In this document: one piece after another, positions 47,738 through 56,965 of the stretch
Layout: each line of letters begins with the position of its first letter
Position numbering within the stretch: the first letter of the stretch is position 1
Virus record (IMG/VR): IMGVR_UViG_2706796476_000001
Location: 87,418 to 151,417 of that record
From: a virus
Taxonomy: Duplodnaviria > Caudoviricetes
Length of the DNA stretch: 64,000 nt
Reading direction: 5' to 3' (one strand)
The notes under the pieces: generated by a model
The model's input: the letters and a program-made list of their open reading frames with translations, nothing else
Told to the model about the DNA's origin: nothing
Databases searched by the model: none
Position numbers and translations under genes: made by a program

Positions 47738-47986
47738 TTAAAGTGTGAAAGCCGTGTTGAAATTTTCAATTTGAATCATGCCGCCGTTATTGAATATCTG
47801 CATATCAGCGACAATATCCCCTATGATGTGAGAAAGATCGAACTGAATCATGACATCGTCGTATAACTCACTGTTTCGCTTGTTCTTCCATACAGGTAAA
47901 TAGTTGATAGTGCTACTCCTCATATACCGCTTTACATTCTCCCTGTCTGTATACCCTAATACCGTTTGACTAGTCATTGTGTACAA
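47738..47986 (-). CDS. Early hypothetical protein
   Basis: Overlaps the upstream gene. Confidence 0.7.
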   Translation of the reverse strand: MYTMTSQTVLGYTDRENVKRYMRSSTINYLPVWKNKRNSELYDDVMIQFDLSHIIGDIVADMQIFNNGGMIQIENFNTAFTL

Positions 47987-48260
47987 CCCCTATCCAGCTT
48001 TCCATATACTCGTGTACCTCATGTTCATCGTCTGTACGAATCGCAATGAGTTCACATGTCCAAGATGTCACAGGTTTAGCATGAATGATTAAATAGTCAG
48101 TGGTTATCGTCTCCCCTGCAATAGTAAGACCGTAAGCGTCAAATATCACGTAGCTATCTTGGACAACTCCCTCATACTCATAGAAGTCATACCCACCCTG
48201 CACCGCTTGATTAATCACGTCTAATAATTCCTCTTTGTTAATAACTGTTTCTTTTCTCAT
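47970..48260 (-). CDS. Early acidic hypothetical protein
   Basis: Cassette promoter and RBS. Confidence 0.8.
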   Translation of the reverse strand: MRKETVINKEELLDVINQAVQGGYDFYEYEGVVQDSYVIFDAYGLTIAGETITTDYLIIHAKPVTSWTCELIAIRTDDEHEVHEYMESWIGVVHND

Positions 48261-48347
48261 GTCATCCGCTCCTTTATGTATTGCTTTATTTCTAACTTTA
48301 GTATAACATGAGGGCTGACACTATGTCAACCCCTTTAGTGAAAAAGA

Positions 48348-48776
48348 TTATAAACCTTTGATCAGGTCATAAAGCTCATCAGACATAGCGGCAACTACCA
48401 CAGGATATATAGACTCTGCAAACTCATGGTTTCTAGCCCTCACAATCAGCTCGGCAATGTCTGAAAGGTTCATATCAAGTTCTAAATGAGGGTAAGAGCG
48501 GCTGAACGTTTCAAGGTCTCTTGAATATTTGTAACAGATAAGAAACTCATCTTCTACATCGTATGCATCGCTTTGTGTTAGTAAAACGGCGCTATACGGA
48601 TCATCCCTAAATTCCTTATTGAAAAACTCCTCTGTGTTACCGTGTACAGTAAACCCAAATAGCTCACTACAGTCCGTGTTCAGTCCTTCTAATATCTCTG
48701 CTAGTTCTCCAATGTTATTGATCAAGTAGTCCTGTACCGCTTCTAGACGCTCTTCTCTGTTTTCCATTCTATTCAT
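48348..48776 (-). CDS. Early acidic protein, YL..N family
   Basis: VQDYLINN...NTEEFFN..F...PY. Confidence 0.8.
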   Translation of the reverse strand: MNRMENREERLEAVQDYLINNIGELAEILEGLNTDCSELFGFTVHGNTEEFFNKEFRDDPYSAVLLTQSDAYDVEDEFLICYKYSRDLETFSRSYPHLELDMNLSDIAELIVRARNHEFAESIYPVVVAAMSDELYDLIKGL

Positions 48777-48784
48777 CCCCCTTG

Positions 48785-49036
48785 TTAGTTTAGTTCGTCA
48801 ATCATAGCCCAAAATGTTTCTACATGGTCTTGCATAGGGATATTATCTTGTCTGAGTGTGGATTCTCGTTCCATCATGAAACCGCCCATAAGTACCCACG
48901 CACGTTCAGCGGATAAGCTCATGATTCTTTCTCCCGTGCCCGCTGCGATCACTTCCCTATATCCGTCACCGTCACAGTATGCTTTATACAACAACCTGCC
49001 TAGTCTCTCTAATTCCTGTTCTGTTAAAATATCCAT
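48785..49036 (-). CDS. Early hypothetical protein
   Basis: Cassette promoter and RBS. Confidence 0.8.
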   Translation of the reverse strand: MDILTEQELERLGRLLYKAYCDGDGYREVIAAGTGERIMSLSAERAWVLMGGFMMERESTLRQDNIPMQDHVETFWAMIDELN

Positions 49037-49107
49037 ATGTAACCCCTCCTAATTGTTATTTCTAACTTTAGTATATCATGAGGGTTGATTTACTGTCAAC
49101 CCTTATT

Positions 49108-49229
49108 TAAAAATTCATCCTGTCTAATGACTCCCACGACACTAGACAGGATAGGACAGGCTCACGAAACCCGCCCACCTTCCGTAAAGAAGGTTCAAAT
49201 ATCACGGTATCACGTAAGTTTGTTGCATC
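49108..49229 (-). ncRNA. Candidate ~120-nt three-hairpin small RNA
   Basis: Own TTGACA-17-TATACT promoter (about 49234-49262); three hairpins then a U-tract; no RBS. Confidence 0.65.
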
Positions 49230-49277
49230 TTTAGTATACACTATAACAAATACCGTGTCAACATCTTTTTTTAAGAC

Positions 49278-49321
49278 ATATCGTGCATCGTATTAATAAA
49301 TATCGTGCATCGTATTAATAA
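49278..49321. repeat. 22-bp tandem duplication
   Basis: ATATCGTGCATCGTATTAATAA twice, spanning the stop of 49293..49664. Confidence 0.9.
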
Positions 49322-49664
49322 ATACCGCTCTGCTGTCTGCTCTGTTATCATACACCTCTGCTTCTAGTCCTATCTCATCCACAGGGTAGCATACAATAGC
49401 GTCTACCGCCAACTCTTCCGGTGTGTTGCTGATAGTGCCTAGAATATGTGTCATGTACACAGGATCAAGTTCGTTAATATCTATAATACCTTTAGCAACG
49501 ATGAAAGCAGGATGATCGTGTACAGTCATATCCAACCACGTCACCGTCTTTACCTTCCCGTTAGGCATATCTTTAGTAGTCGTATAAACTTCTGCCCCGT
49601 TCTGCCCTACCCTAAAATGAAACCATGCGCCACCATCATCCGGTAGTCTTTTAACCTCTGCCAT
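49293..49664 (-). CDS. Early hypothetical protein, related to the N-terminal part of 58477..59118
   Basis: Cassette promoter; D(D/H)GG...R start and (V/I)DA(I/V)..(Y/W).(P/S)V..(I/L)G. Confidence 0.8.
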   Translation of the reverse strand: MAEVKRLPDDGGAWFHFRVGQNGAEVYTTTKDMPNGKVKTVTWLDMTVHDHPAFIVAKGIIDINELDPVYMTHILGTISNTPEELAVDAIVCYPVDEIGLEAEVYDNRADSRAVFINTMHDIY

Positions 49665-50088
49665 ATGTATCAGCTCCTTTTCTAACTTTAGTATATCACG
49701 AGGGTTGATTTAATGTCAACCCTTTTAGTGAATGTTTGAATTGTTTGACAACTATTACGATAGTTTTCAGAATATTTAGACTTATACCATTGATATTTGT
49801 TATAATTTACGATTGTTTGTGGTACGATGCGTATAGAACCCCGTATTTGCCCCTTTATAGCTCCGTAGAGCGGTTTTATATGCCGAGTAGACCAATTACA
49901 CTAGATAACCCTTAAAAATCCGCCCTGCGCCGTCCTGTCCATCTAGATGCGAGTGACAAAGTCTAGCTTACGGCTCCTAGGAGATCGACGCCCCGGGCTT
50001 TGAAAGTTTTTCGTTTTTTATTCGTTTGTCTGTTTGAAAGTTTTTTATATCTCTCTATACGTCCTGTATATTTTTCTCGTACTTATGT

Positions 50089-50301
50089 TCATGCTTCTTC
50101 TTTTGTTCCATGATGAATAAATATATAAGTATCGTCGTACTCTCCTTCACCTTCTAACCTGTATGGCGTATATCCTAAAGTATCAATGGCGTTATCGAAA
50201 ATTGAAACACTGTCAATGGTTCCTTCATTATCAAACGGCTCAAAGCCTAGTTCAATCTGTAGTTGTTCCATTTCATGTTCAAGTAGAATTAATTTTTTCA
50301 T
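50089..50301 (-). CDS. Early acidic hypothetical protein
   Basis: Cassette promoter and RBS. Confidence 0.8.
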   Translation of the reverse strand: MKKLILLEHEMEQLQIELGFEPFDNEGTIDSVSIFDNAIDTLGYTPYRLEGEGEYDDTYIFIHHGTKEEA

Positions 50302-50417
50302 GCTTACCCACTCCTTTATTTTATGTATTGCTATATTTCTAACTTTAGTATATCATGAGGGTTGATTTGTTGTCAACCCTTATTTTTATCTTTCTTCCGG
50401 TTAGTTAGTACACACGC

Positions 50418-50627
50418 CTATTTCAGATACGCAATGTACCATACACCCTCTTGTACTTGTTGTTGTCGTACTGTAATTGGTTCTGAACAATGGTAAAACG
50501 AATACCAATTGTTTAAAACACATCTTACGTGTACACCATTGTTTGCCCACATCTTTAAAGCCTTCCATAAGGGAACTTCTATCCAGTCTAAACCTTCACC
50601 GTACCACTTTTCTTTGTTAGCTTCCAT
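50418..50627 (-). CDS. Early Trp-rich hypothetical protein
   Basis: Cassette promoter and RBS. Confidence 0.8.
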   Translation of the reverse strand: MEANKEKWYGEGLDWIEVPLWKALKMWANNGVHVRCVLNNWYSFYHCSEPITVRQQQVQEGVWYIAYLK

Positions 50628-50731
50628 AGGTTCCTCCCTCCTCCCCTTTGCTAATTTATGTATTGTTATATTTCTAACTTTAGTATATCATAAGGGTTGA
50701 TTTGTTGTCAACCCTTATGTTTATCTTTTTT

Positions 50732-51118
50732 TTACGGTCGTGAGTACTTCTGTAGTAGTGTAACGTCTTTTGTGAAATACAAACATGTTAGTTCGTGAGT
50801 CATAAAGGTTTCAGTAATGTTTGTTATGTTCTCTCTTATGGTGTCAATGTATTCTTGTTTGGTTACTGAATGGATTTCGTTGTCTTCTAGGTAGAAGTAA
50901 GGGTGATCAATATTGTATACTCCTTTACTGATAGCCTGTGCCAATTCATAAGGTTTATTAAACATTGCGTTTACGGTGTCTTGTATGTTTCTATATACAT
51001 GAAACTCTTCTAGTGTACGGTCATAGTGGTATAGGCTGTCTATAGTGTCTATTGTTAAATCTAGGTTGGATAACACGTATTCTTTTATATCGTTAAACTC
51101 TTGTTTTCTTGTTGACAT
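50732..51118 (-). CDS. Early protein, YL..N family
   Basis: IKEYVLSNL...YHYD.TL...YRN...F.KPYE. Confidence 0.8.
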   Translation of the reverse strand: MSTRKQEFNDIKEYVLSNLDLTIDTIDSLYHYDRTLEEFHVYRNIQDTVNAMFNKPYELAQAISKGVYNIDHPYFYLEDNEIHSVTKQEYIDTIRENITNITETFMTHELTCLYFTKDVTLLQKYSRP

Positions 51119-51177
51119 TGGTTGGTTCCTCCTTCTTGGAAAGTGCTTCGCTGCGTGACATCTTTACATTTTACACT

Positions 51178-51399
51178 TTATCCTTGCAGGAAACAAGCAT
51201 ATATGTTGTCTTTTGTGTCTTCTAATATGCCTAGTCTCTCTATGGTCAGTGTATTATTGATTGTTCCGTCTCCATAATTTGAGTCATATTCTTTTATTGC
51301 GTCTATTTCTTGTTGTGTAAGGTACACGGTCTTCCCTGTCGTTAGTTTTGCGTATATGAAAGCCAGTTCACCCATAGCGGTTCCCTCCTCTGCACTCAA
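51178..51399 (-). CDS. Early hypothetical protein
   Basis: RBS GAGGAGG precedes the internal ATG (MGELAF), the likelier start. Confidence 0.7.
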   Translation of the reverse strand: MSAEEGTAMGELAFIYAKLTTGKTVYLTQQEIDAIKEYDSNYGDGTINNTLTIERLGILEDTKDNIYACFLQG

Positions 51400-51402
51400 T
51401 TC

Positions 51403-51819
51403 CTACCTGCTCCCTTGCTCCTGCTCATATTTCTTTCTGTTGTCGATAAAGCTTTTCAGTTCGTCAGTGAAATTAAATTCTAATTCGTCTGAATAGCTCA
51501 CTAGTGTAAGGGCAATATCTGTGATATTATTTTGAATGGCTAATTCTTGGTTACGGGCTGATGTGGACCAAATTTGATTCCCGTTGAAGAAGAAGTAAGG
51601 CAGGTGCCGATCGTATTTACCGCTTTTAGTAGCGTTAAGTGCTTCACTTGGTGTAGCGAATAAGCCGTCTATGATTTCGTTTGTGTTTCGGTAGGCTTGC
51701 ACGTCCTGTAATGAGTAGTCATAGTGGTATACCACGTCTATATAGTCCATCGTCTCTTCTAGGTTGCTTAACAGGTATCTTTCAATAGCTTCCCTTGCTT
51801 TTATTCTTTCATCCATCAT
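51403..51819 (-). CDS. Early protein, YL..N family
   Basis: IERYLLSNL...YHYDYSL...YRN...FATPSE. Confidence 0.8.
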   Translation of the reverse strand: MMDERIKAREAIERYLLSNLEETMDYIDVVYHYDYSLQDVQAYRNTNEIIDGLFATPSEALNATKSGKYDRHLPYFFFNGNQIWSTSARNQELAIQNNITDIALTLVSYSDELEFNFTDELKSFIDNRKKYEQEQGSR

Positions 51820-51884
51820 TTGTGGTTCCTCCTCTATTTTGTGTTAACATACTATTTATTTACCTATGGTGTGGTGTGGTTTGT

Positions 51885-52322
51885 TTAGTTTCGTCTTCTA
51901 GGGAATGCGTCGGATAGTTGGTCTATTAGCTCGGCAATATCCGGTTTAAAGTTAAAGTCTATTTTGTCTACACTGTGAAGAATCAGTACAACAATGTCTA
52001 GCATGTCAGATTCTAGCAGGTATGGTATCTTTCCAAGGTCAAACGACGTTACGTCTCCATTTCTATGATACATGACATAGTCATCATAATCATACTGGCT
52101 ATGATCTATGGCTTGAATGGCTTCGTAAGGTGTTGTAAAGGTTGAGTTAAAGAAAGTTGCGTCGTTACAGTGTACCGTGTATTCTACTTCGTCTTTCAGT
52201 TGGTCATTGATCTCATACATGTGGTCGAATGCTTCGTCAATGTTCTTTAGAAATAGGCTAGCGATCTGATACATGATCTCTCTGTCTGTTTCTGTGTAGT
52301 GTCTTCCATTTGATTGAATCAT
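51885..52322 (-). CDS. Early protein, YL..N family
   Basis: LFLKNI...NDATFFNSTFTTPYEA. Confidence 0.8.
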   Translation of the reverse strand: MIQSNGRHYTETDREIMYQIASLFLKNIDEAFDHMYEINDQLKDEVEYTVHCNDATFFNSTFTTPYEAIQAIDHSQYDYDDYVMYHRNGDVTSFDLGKIPYLLESDMLDIVVLILHSVDKIDFNFKPDIAELIDQLSDAFPRRRN

Positions 52323-52325
52323 TTG

Positions 52326-52496
52326 TCATTTCCCCTTTGTATTATATTGGATTGTTCTTTCTTGTAGGTTCACAATGGCAATGCGTCCTATACTATCCCA
52401 GTAGGTATATGTATTGTCGTTGTTAGCGTATTGGAATTTGTAGTCATCTTCTTTTAACTGGTTCATGAGTTGGTTGACCGTTCTGAACTTCTCCAT
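52326..52496 (-). CDS. Small early protein (56 aa, not in the ORF track)
   Basis: Cassette promoter, RBS GAGGTG; MEKFRTVNQLMNQLKEDDYKFQY... Confidence 0.75.
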   Translation of the reverse strand: MEKFRTVNQLMNQLKEDDYKFQYANNDNTYTYWDSIGRIAIVNLQERTIQYNTKGK

Positions 52497-52598
52497 GTGT
52501 GTCACCTCTCTATGCTTTTAGTGTAACATGAGGGCTGACATTGTGTCAACCCTTTTCTTTTGTTAAAAGACAATGATTTGTTTCTATTCTTCCATTTA

Positions 52599-52784
52599 TT
52601 AATCAATATGAATAATATCGTATTGTTTATCAGCAGCTAGAGAATCGACATAATCGCTTGCATCTTTTTCGGTTGGGAAAATTCTTTCTAAATATTCTAC
52701 ACGTTCACCCTCTTCTCTATCCCATACATTAACTTCCCAATCGTTATCATACTCTGAAAATTGAATTTGGACATTTAATAACAT
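52599..52784 (-). CDS. Small acidic early protein
   Basis: Cassette promoter and RBS. Confidence 0.8.
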   Translation of the reverse strand: MLLNVQIQFSEYDNDWEVNVWDREEGERVEYLERIFPTEKDASDYVDSLAADKQYDIIHID

Positions 52785-52867
52785 ACGTAAAACCTCCTTT
52801 AGTTGGTAACTTTAGTGTAACATAAGGGCTGACTTACTGTCAACCCTTTATGAAAAGAAAGTTTTTT

Positions 52868-53116
52868 TTAACCTCTGATAATTTGTATACAATCGTCAGA
52901 CAGGTCAACAATCATAAGGTAAAGTTCTTGACTTAATGACTCGATGTATGTCGTCTCGTTCGCCCTAACGATAGTTTGAGCAATGTCTGAAATGCTCACA
53001 TTATGATCAGCAGATTTTTTCAGTTCCGCTAGGATAGCTATTGTTTCTTTTGGGTTCTCCTGTAAGTAAACCTTAATGGGTTCAAGTTGCTGTAGTACAT
53101 GCTCTCTGTAATTCAT
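52868..53116 (-). CDS. Early protein, internally shortened YL..N family member
   Basis: IKVYLQEN...ISDIAQTIVRA...LSQELY. Confidence 0.75.
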   Translation of the reverse strand: MNYREHVLQQLEPIKVYLQENPKETIAILAELKKSADHNVSISDIAQTIVRANETTYIESLSQELYLMIVDLSDDCIQIIRG

Positions 53117-53232
53117 ATGTATTACCTCCTTTAGTTGGTAACTTTAGTGTAACATAAGGGCTGACTTACTGTCAACCCGTTGTGAAAAGAAAGTTTTTTT
53201 TATTTTGTAGCGTTCCTAACAACGGTCAAACA

Positions 53233-53445
53233 TTAGTCCTCCCATTCCATGTCATCAAAGTCAGTGACAAGGAATCTAGATACTTTGTTTTGTATTTCAT
53301 GGCTTCTTTGTGCTTTACCCTGTTGCATTCCTACTAAAAAGGCTTCGTGAATCATGTCATTCATAATGTCCACCTGTTTAGAAATACCCTCTTCAATGAT
53401 TCTTCTTGATGCTATCCGCTGTAGTTCATTAATTTTGTTTAGCAT
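53233..53445 (-). CDS. Early hypothetical protein
   Basis: Overlaps the upstream gene. Confidence 0.7.
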   Translation of the reverse strand: MLNKINELQRIASRRIIEEGISKQVDIMNDMIHEAFLVGMQQGKAQRSHEIQNKVSRFLVTDFDDMEWED

Positions 53446-53759
53446 TTCCCTTTCCCCCTCACATTCATAATACCCGCACTGGCTTTCTTGTCATTACCTG
53501 TTAACCAACATTCGGCGCCTTCTTGATAGTAAACTCCCCAATACTTATCTTTCCCTTCATCATTGTAAACAATCCAGTGATCATGTAATATGTGAAGGTC
53601 TTCGCTTTTCCCTTTGTAGGGCTGTAAATAGTCTCCTACGATGTCATATACCTGTGAAAGTAAACTTTGATACGGAACGTCACGATTTTCAATAATTCCG
53701 GTCAATGCGTGCCCTTTGTGTTCTAGTTCTAACTTGTGGTTATACTCAGTTCTTAACAT
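53439..53759 (-). CDS. Early hypothetical protein
   Basis: Cassette promoter and RBS. Confidence 0.8.
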   Translation of the reverse strand: MLRTEYNHKLELEHKGHALTGIIENRDVPYQSLLSQVYDIVGDYLQPYKGKSEDLHILHDHWIVYNDEGKDKYWGVYYQEGAECWLTGNDKKASAGIMNVRGKGKC

Positions 53760-53837
53760 ATGTATTACCTCCTTTAGATGGTAACTTTAGTGTAACATGA
53801 GGGCTGACATACTGTCAACCCCTTTAGTGAAAAAACT

Positions 53838-54080
53838 TTAGATGAAATCGTTTTGGCTAATTCCGTTGTACTGCATGTCGTTCATGTTTCCCCGTGCCCG
53901 TGCTTCTTCTAACTGGCTTTCTAGGTCTTCTAGAATGTCTTCTAGTTCTTCGATATCACCGTTGATGTCGTCTAGCTCTTCGTTTGTAGCTTCTTCAAGA
54001 TCAGCATATAGCCTTTCAAGTTCGTCTTCTAGGTCGTCAATTCTTTTTTGTAGCTCATCAACTCGTGTACTGTTAGGCAT
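53838..54080 (-). CDS. Highly acidic coiled-coil early protein
   Basis: D/E-rich heptads; cassette promoter. Confidence 0.8.
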   Translation of the reverse strand: MPNSTRVDELQKRIDDLEDELERLYADLEEATNEELDDINGDIEELEDILEDLESQLEEARARGNMNDMQYNGISQNDFI

Positions 54081-54160
54081 GTGTAAAAACCTCCTTCATC
54101 TGATAAACCTAGTGTAACATGAGGGCTGACATAGTGTCAACCCCTTTTAACACATTTTTT

Positions 54161-54571
54161 TTATTCTTCGTCCTCTTCGTCTTCGATTTGCTCAATAATA
54201 GAAACCAGTTCATCAGATACGTCGATATTGTCGATATTTCTAATTACAGCGTCTGCAATATCTTCGATATCGTCTTTCATTTCTTTAATGATTGTATACT
54301 CATTAGCGGTCTCAAGGTTACCGTATGCATTAAACCGTACATAGTCATCACCGTAGTTAAAGTCACCAAAACAAACTGCCCTTACTACTTCATCTGTTTT
54401 ACCTTCAAAGAACATATTAAAAAATTCTTCGTCGTTCACATACCAGTCATAGTGGTCTAGCTCACCATTCCATGAAATAACTTCACGAACCGCCGCTTGT
54501 AACTCCTCTTCATTTTCTAGTAAATACGCTTTTACCTCTTCAAGTACTTTTTTCTCTGTCATATTAAACAC
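54161..54571 (-). CDS. Highly acidic early protein, YL..N family
   Basis: VKAYLLEN...NDEEFFNMFF...DDYVRFNAYGNLET. Confidence 0.8.
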   Translation of the reverse strand: MFNMTEKKVLEEVKAYLLENEEELQAAVREVISWNGELDHYDWYVNDEEFFNMFFEGKTDEVVRAVCFGDFNYGDDYVRFNAYGNLETANEYTIIKEMKDDIEDIADAVIRNIDNIDVSDELVSIIEQIEDEEDEE

Positions 54572-54806
54572 GTCCTTTCGAGTAGTTGCCCGCCGTTTGT
54601 TCGGCTTTCCATAGAATATGTTGTGCCTGTTTCAAGTCTTCCAGTGCGCCGCCTGTGTAGATGTCTTTTTGTAACTCCCTTTGAATAGTTACAAGAAGAT
54701 CAACTTTGTTATCCCACCATGCGCCGTGTTCTAGTTCGTTTTCGATTCGTGCCGCTGCGACTGCTAAATCTTGTGCTTCTCTTAAAAGATCGTTTACTGT
54801 TATCAT
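54564..54806 (-). CDS. Early hypothetical protein
   Basis: Cassette promoter and RBS. Confidence 0.8.
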   Translation of the reverse strand: MITVNDLLREAQDLAVAAARIENELEHGAWWDNKVDLLVTIQRELQKDIYTGGALEDLKQAQHILWKAEQTAGNYSKGRV

Positions 54807-54882
54807 GTGTTTTATACCTCCTGTATTGTTTGTAACTTTAGTGTATCATAGGGTTGATTAGCCGTCAACCCTTATTTGAAAA

Positions 54883-55104
54883 TTAATTGTCAAAATCGTA
54901 AGTTGTTACGTTCTGTTCTAAAGCCCATGCGCCTGCATCTTCTATATACTGGATAAAATCCGTCAAACGGTCGGTGTTCATCTGCGCGTCAGAAAGTAAT
55001 CCGTATAAAGAGCCTTCAAACGTCCCCTGACGAATTTCATATGTCCGCTTGACTCCATAACTTACAGTGTTGATAAGTACAAAATCTTTTGTCACTATGA
55101 CCAA
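54883..55104 (-). CDS. Early hypothetical protein
   Basis: Cassette promoter and RBS. Confidence 0.75.
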   Translation of the reverse strand: MVIVTKDFVLINTVSYGVKRTYEIRQGTFEGSLYGLLSDAQMNTDRLTDFIQYIEDAGAWALEQNVTTYDFDN

Positions 55105-55182
55105 CTCCCTTTAGTTTATGTAGTTCGGTGTAACTGTCTTTCTAGTTCTAGTGTATCGCAGGGTTGATATAATGTCAACCCT

Positions 55183-55743
55183 TTATTTAATGAAACTTAA
55201 AACTTTTTTATGAAGTTTGAAACTTTCCATGTTTACCGTGTAGTCATCAAAAAGTAACATGTAGTTGTCAATATAGTGGTGAACAAAATGGTCAAATTGA
55301 TTGTTTTCGTCATGGCAAAAGTTTATATCTTGTTGGAACCGTACCGAAACGGCGTTTGCGGCTTCTTGACAGGCGTTGAATGCGGCACGCTGATAGAAAG
55401 TATTATCCGGCTCATCTGATAGCTTACAAAGGCTCTCACGCATCATATTCATATGGTACTGTGCGTCATCGGTAAGTAAAGCAGGAATTGAAGAATCCAT
55501 GTCCGAGAAGCCCATATAAAATTCTTTTAAGAAGTCTTTATGAACACGGATGAAGCCGCCAACGTCTCCTAATCTGTAATAATCGACATACTCGCAAAGG
55601 AATGACATTTTTTCTGCCACATAATGCCGTTCAGTTTTCAAAAGGTCTTCCGATACGTTGTATCTTAATTTTGGGTTGTTACTCCATACTTGGCGTAATT
55701 CATATGTATTTAGTTCACGTAAATTCTTTTCCATTGTAGTCAC
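55183..55743 (-). CDS. Early protein, paralog of 56307..56873
   Basis: EL...EL..VW.NNPKLR. Confidence 0.8.
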   Translation of the reverse strand: MTTMEKNLRELNTYELRQVWSNNPKLRYNVSEDLLKTERHYVAEKMSFLCEYVDYYRLGDVGGFIRVHKDFLKEFYMGFSDMDSSIPALLTDDAQYHMNMMRESLCKLSDEPDNTFYQRAAFNACQEAANAVSVRFQQDINFCHDENNQFDHFVHHYIDNYMLLFDDYTVNMESFKLHKKVLSFIK

Positions 55744-55795
55744 TCCTATTTGTTGGTATCTTTAGTATAGCAAAGGGTTGATATAATGTCAACCC

Positions 55796-56092
55796 TTATT
55801 TATGAAAATTTTCTGCTACCGCTGCGTGAAGATAAACGGCTTTTTGTACGTTATAAGGTAAGTCACCCCATTCTATCTCTTTCCCTATATCTTCGTGTAG
55901 TTCCTCATCATCGTATAAAGGGATATCATCAGAAAACGACCATACACCCTCAAAAGGGTTTGCACTACATGCTACGGTGTATACCGTTCCCTCCTCCATG
56001 TCAATAAGCTGAACTGAATACCGGTCAAGCGTACGCCCTTCGTTGTCATATGCTTTAAGAAAACCTTCCGGTTCAATACTATAGTTAGTCAT
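55796..56092 (-). CDS. Early hypothetical protein
   Basis: YDNEGRTLDRYSV; IGKEIEWGDLP..VQ. Confidence 0.8.
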   Translation of the reverse strand: MTNYSIEPEGFLKAYDNEGRTLDRYSVQLIDMEEGTVYTVACSANPFEGVWSFSDDIPLYDDEELHEDIGKEIEWGDLPYNVQKAVYLHAAVAENFHK

Positions 56093-56104
56093 GCCTATTC
56101 CTCC

Positions 56105-56230
56105 TTACAAGAATTTTTTATGTAGTGCCGCAAACTGCTTATCTAGTTGGGCAACCATTTCATTTTCAGCCTTAAGGCGCTTCTCAATTCGCTTTCTATT
56201 TGCTAGTGTGTCCATTAACGCTTTCCACAT
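56105..56230 (-). CDS. Small early protein (41 aa, not in the ORF track)
   Basis: Cassette promoter, RBS AAGGAG; MWKALMDTLANRKRIEKRLKAE... Confidence 0.7.
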   Translation of the reverse strand: MWKALMDTLANRKRIEKRLKAENEMVAQLDKQFAALHKKFL

Positions 56231-56306
56231 GTCACCCAACTCCTTTTCTTGATAACTCAATGATATCAAAGGGTTGATATAATGTCAACCCTTATTTAAA
56301 CTTTTT

Positions 56307-56873
56307 TTAAAAACTTTCTGTAACTGTTTTGAATAGCTTATAGTCGTTTTCCGGTTCTACATAGTACTCATCATCCAAACGGTTATCCACATAAAACTCT
56401 AGAAAGTAGTCAAATGCGTTTTCATCTGTGTAACAGGATTCCACTGCATCTTTCATATTGTTTGCTAACAGTTGGGCAATGCTATCACAGACGTTTTCAA
56501 ACTTCTCGTACAGCTCATCGCATTCCTCATCAGTATCAGCGTTTAAGTAAGCTTCCTGCGCTTGCTTCATACTGTCTAATGCTTTTCTGTCTTCTTCTTC
56601 CGTTGTAAATAAACCCATGTCTTTAGAAAGTTTTTCCGCACCTTCCAGGAACCCTTGATAATCGTCAATAGTCATATAAACGTGTGAGAACCCGCCAATG
56701 CTCCAATTAGATAAGTACGATTTTACATAGTGGAGACGATCACCCACCCAATACATTTCACCTTCTGCGGCATCTTCTTGCACCTGTTGGCGCAATTTCG
56801 GGTTGTTCTCCCAAACCTTTTTCAGCTCATCCTGTGTTAGTTCTTCGATTAGTTTCTTTTCCATTCTTACCAA
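56307..56873 (-). CDS. Early acidic protein, paralog of 55183..55743
   Basis: EELTQDELKKVWENNPKLR. Confidence 0.8.
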   Translation of the reverse strand: MVRMEKKLIEELTQDELKKVWENNPKLRQQVQEDAAEGEMYWVGDRLHYVKSYLSNWSIGGFSHVYMTIDDYQGFLEGAEKLSKDMGLFTTEEEDRKALDSMKQAQEAYLNADTDEECDELYEKFENVCDSIAQLLANNMKDAVESCYTDENAFDYFLEFYVDNRLDDEYYVEPENDYKLFKTVTESF

Positions 56874-56965
56874 CTCCTTTAAGTTTATGTATTACGTGTT
56901 CCTGTCTTGCTTAACTTAATGATATCAAAGGGTTGATATAATGTCAACCCTTATTTAAACTTTTT

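Noticed and set aside
49278-49321. 22-bp duplication as a functional element
   Set aside because: It only changes the last two codons of the ORF; most likely replication slippage.
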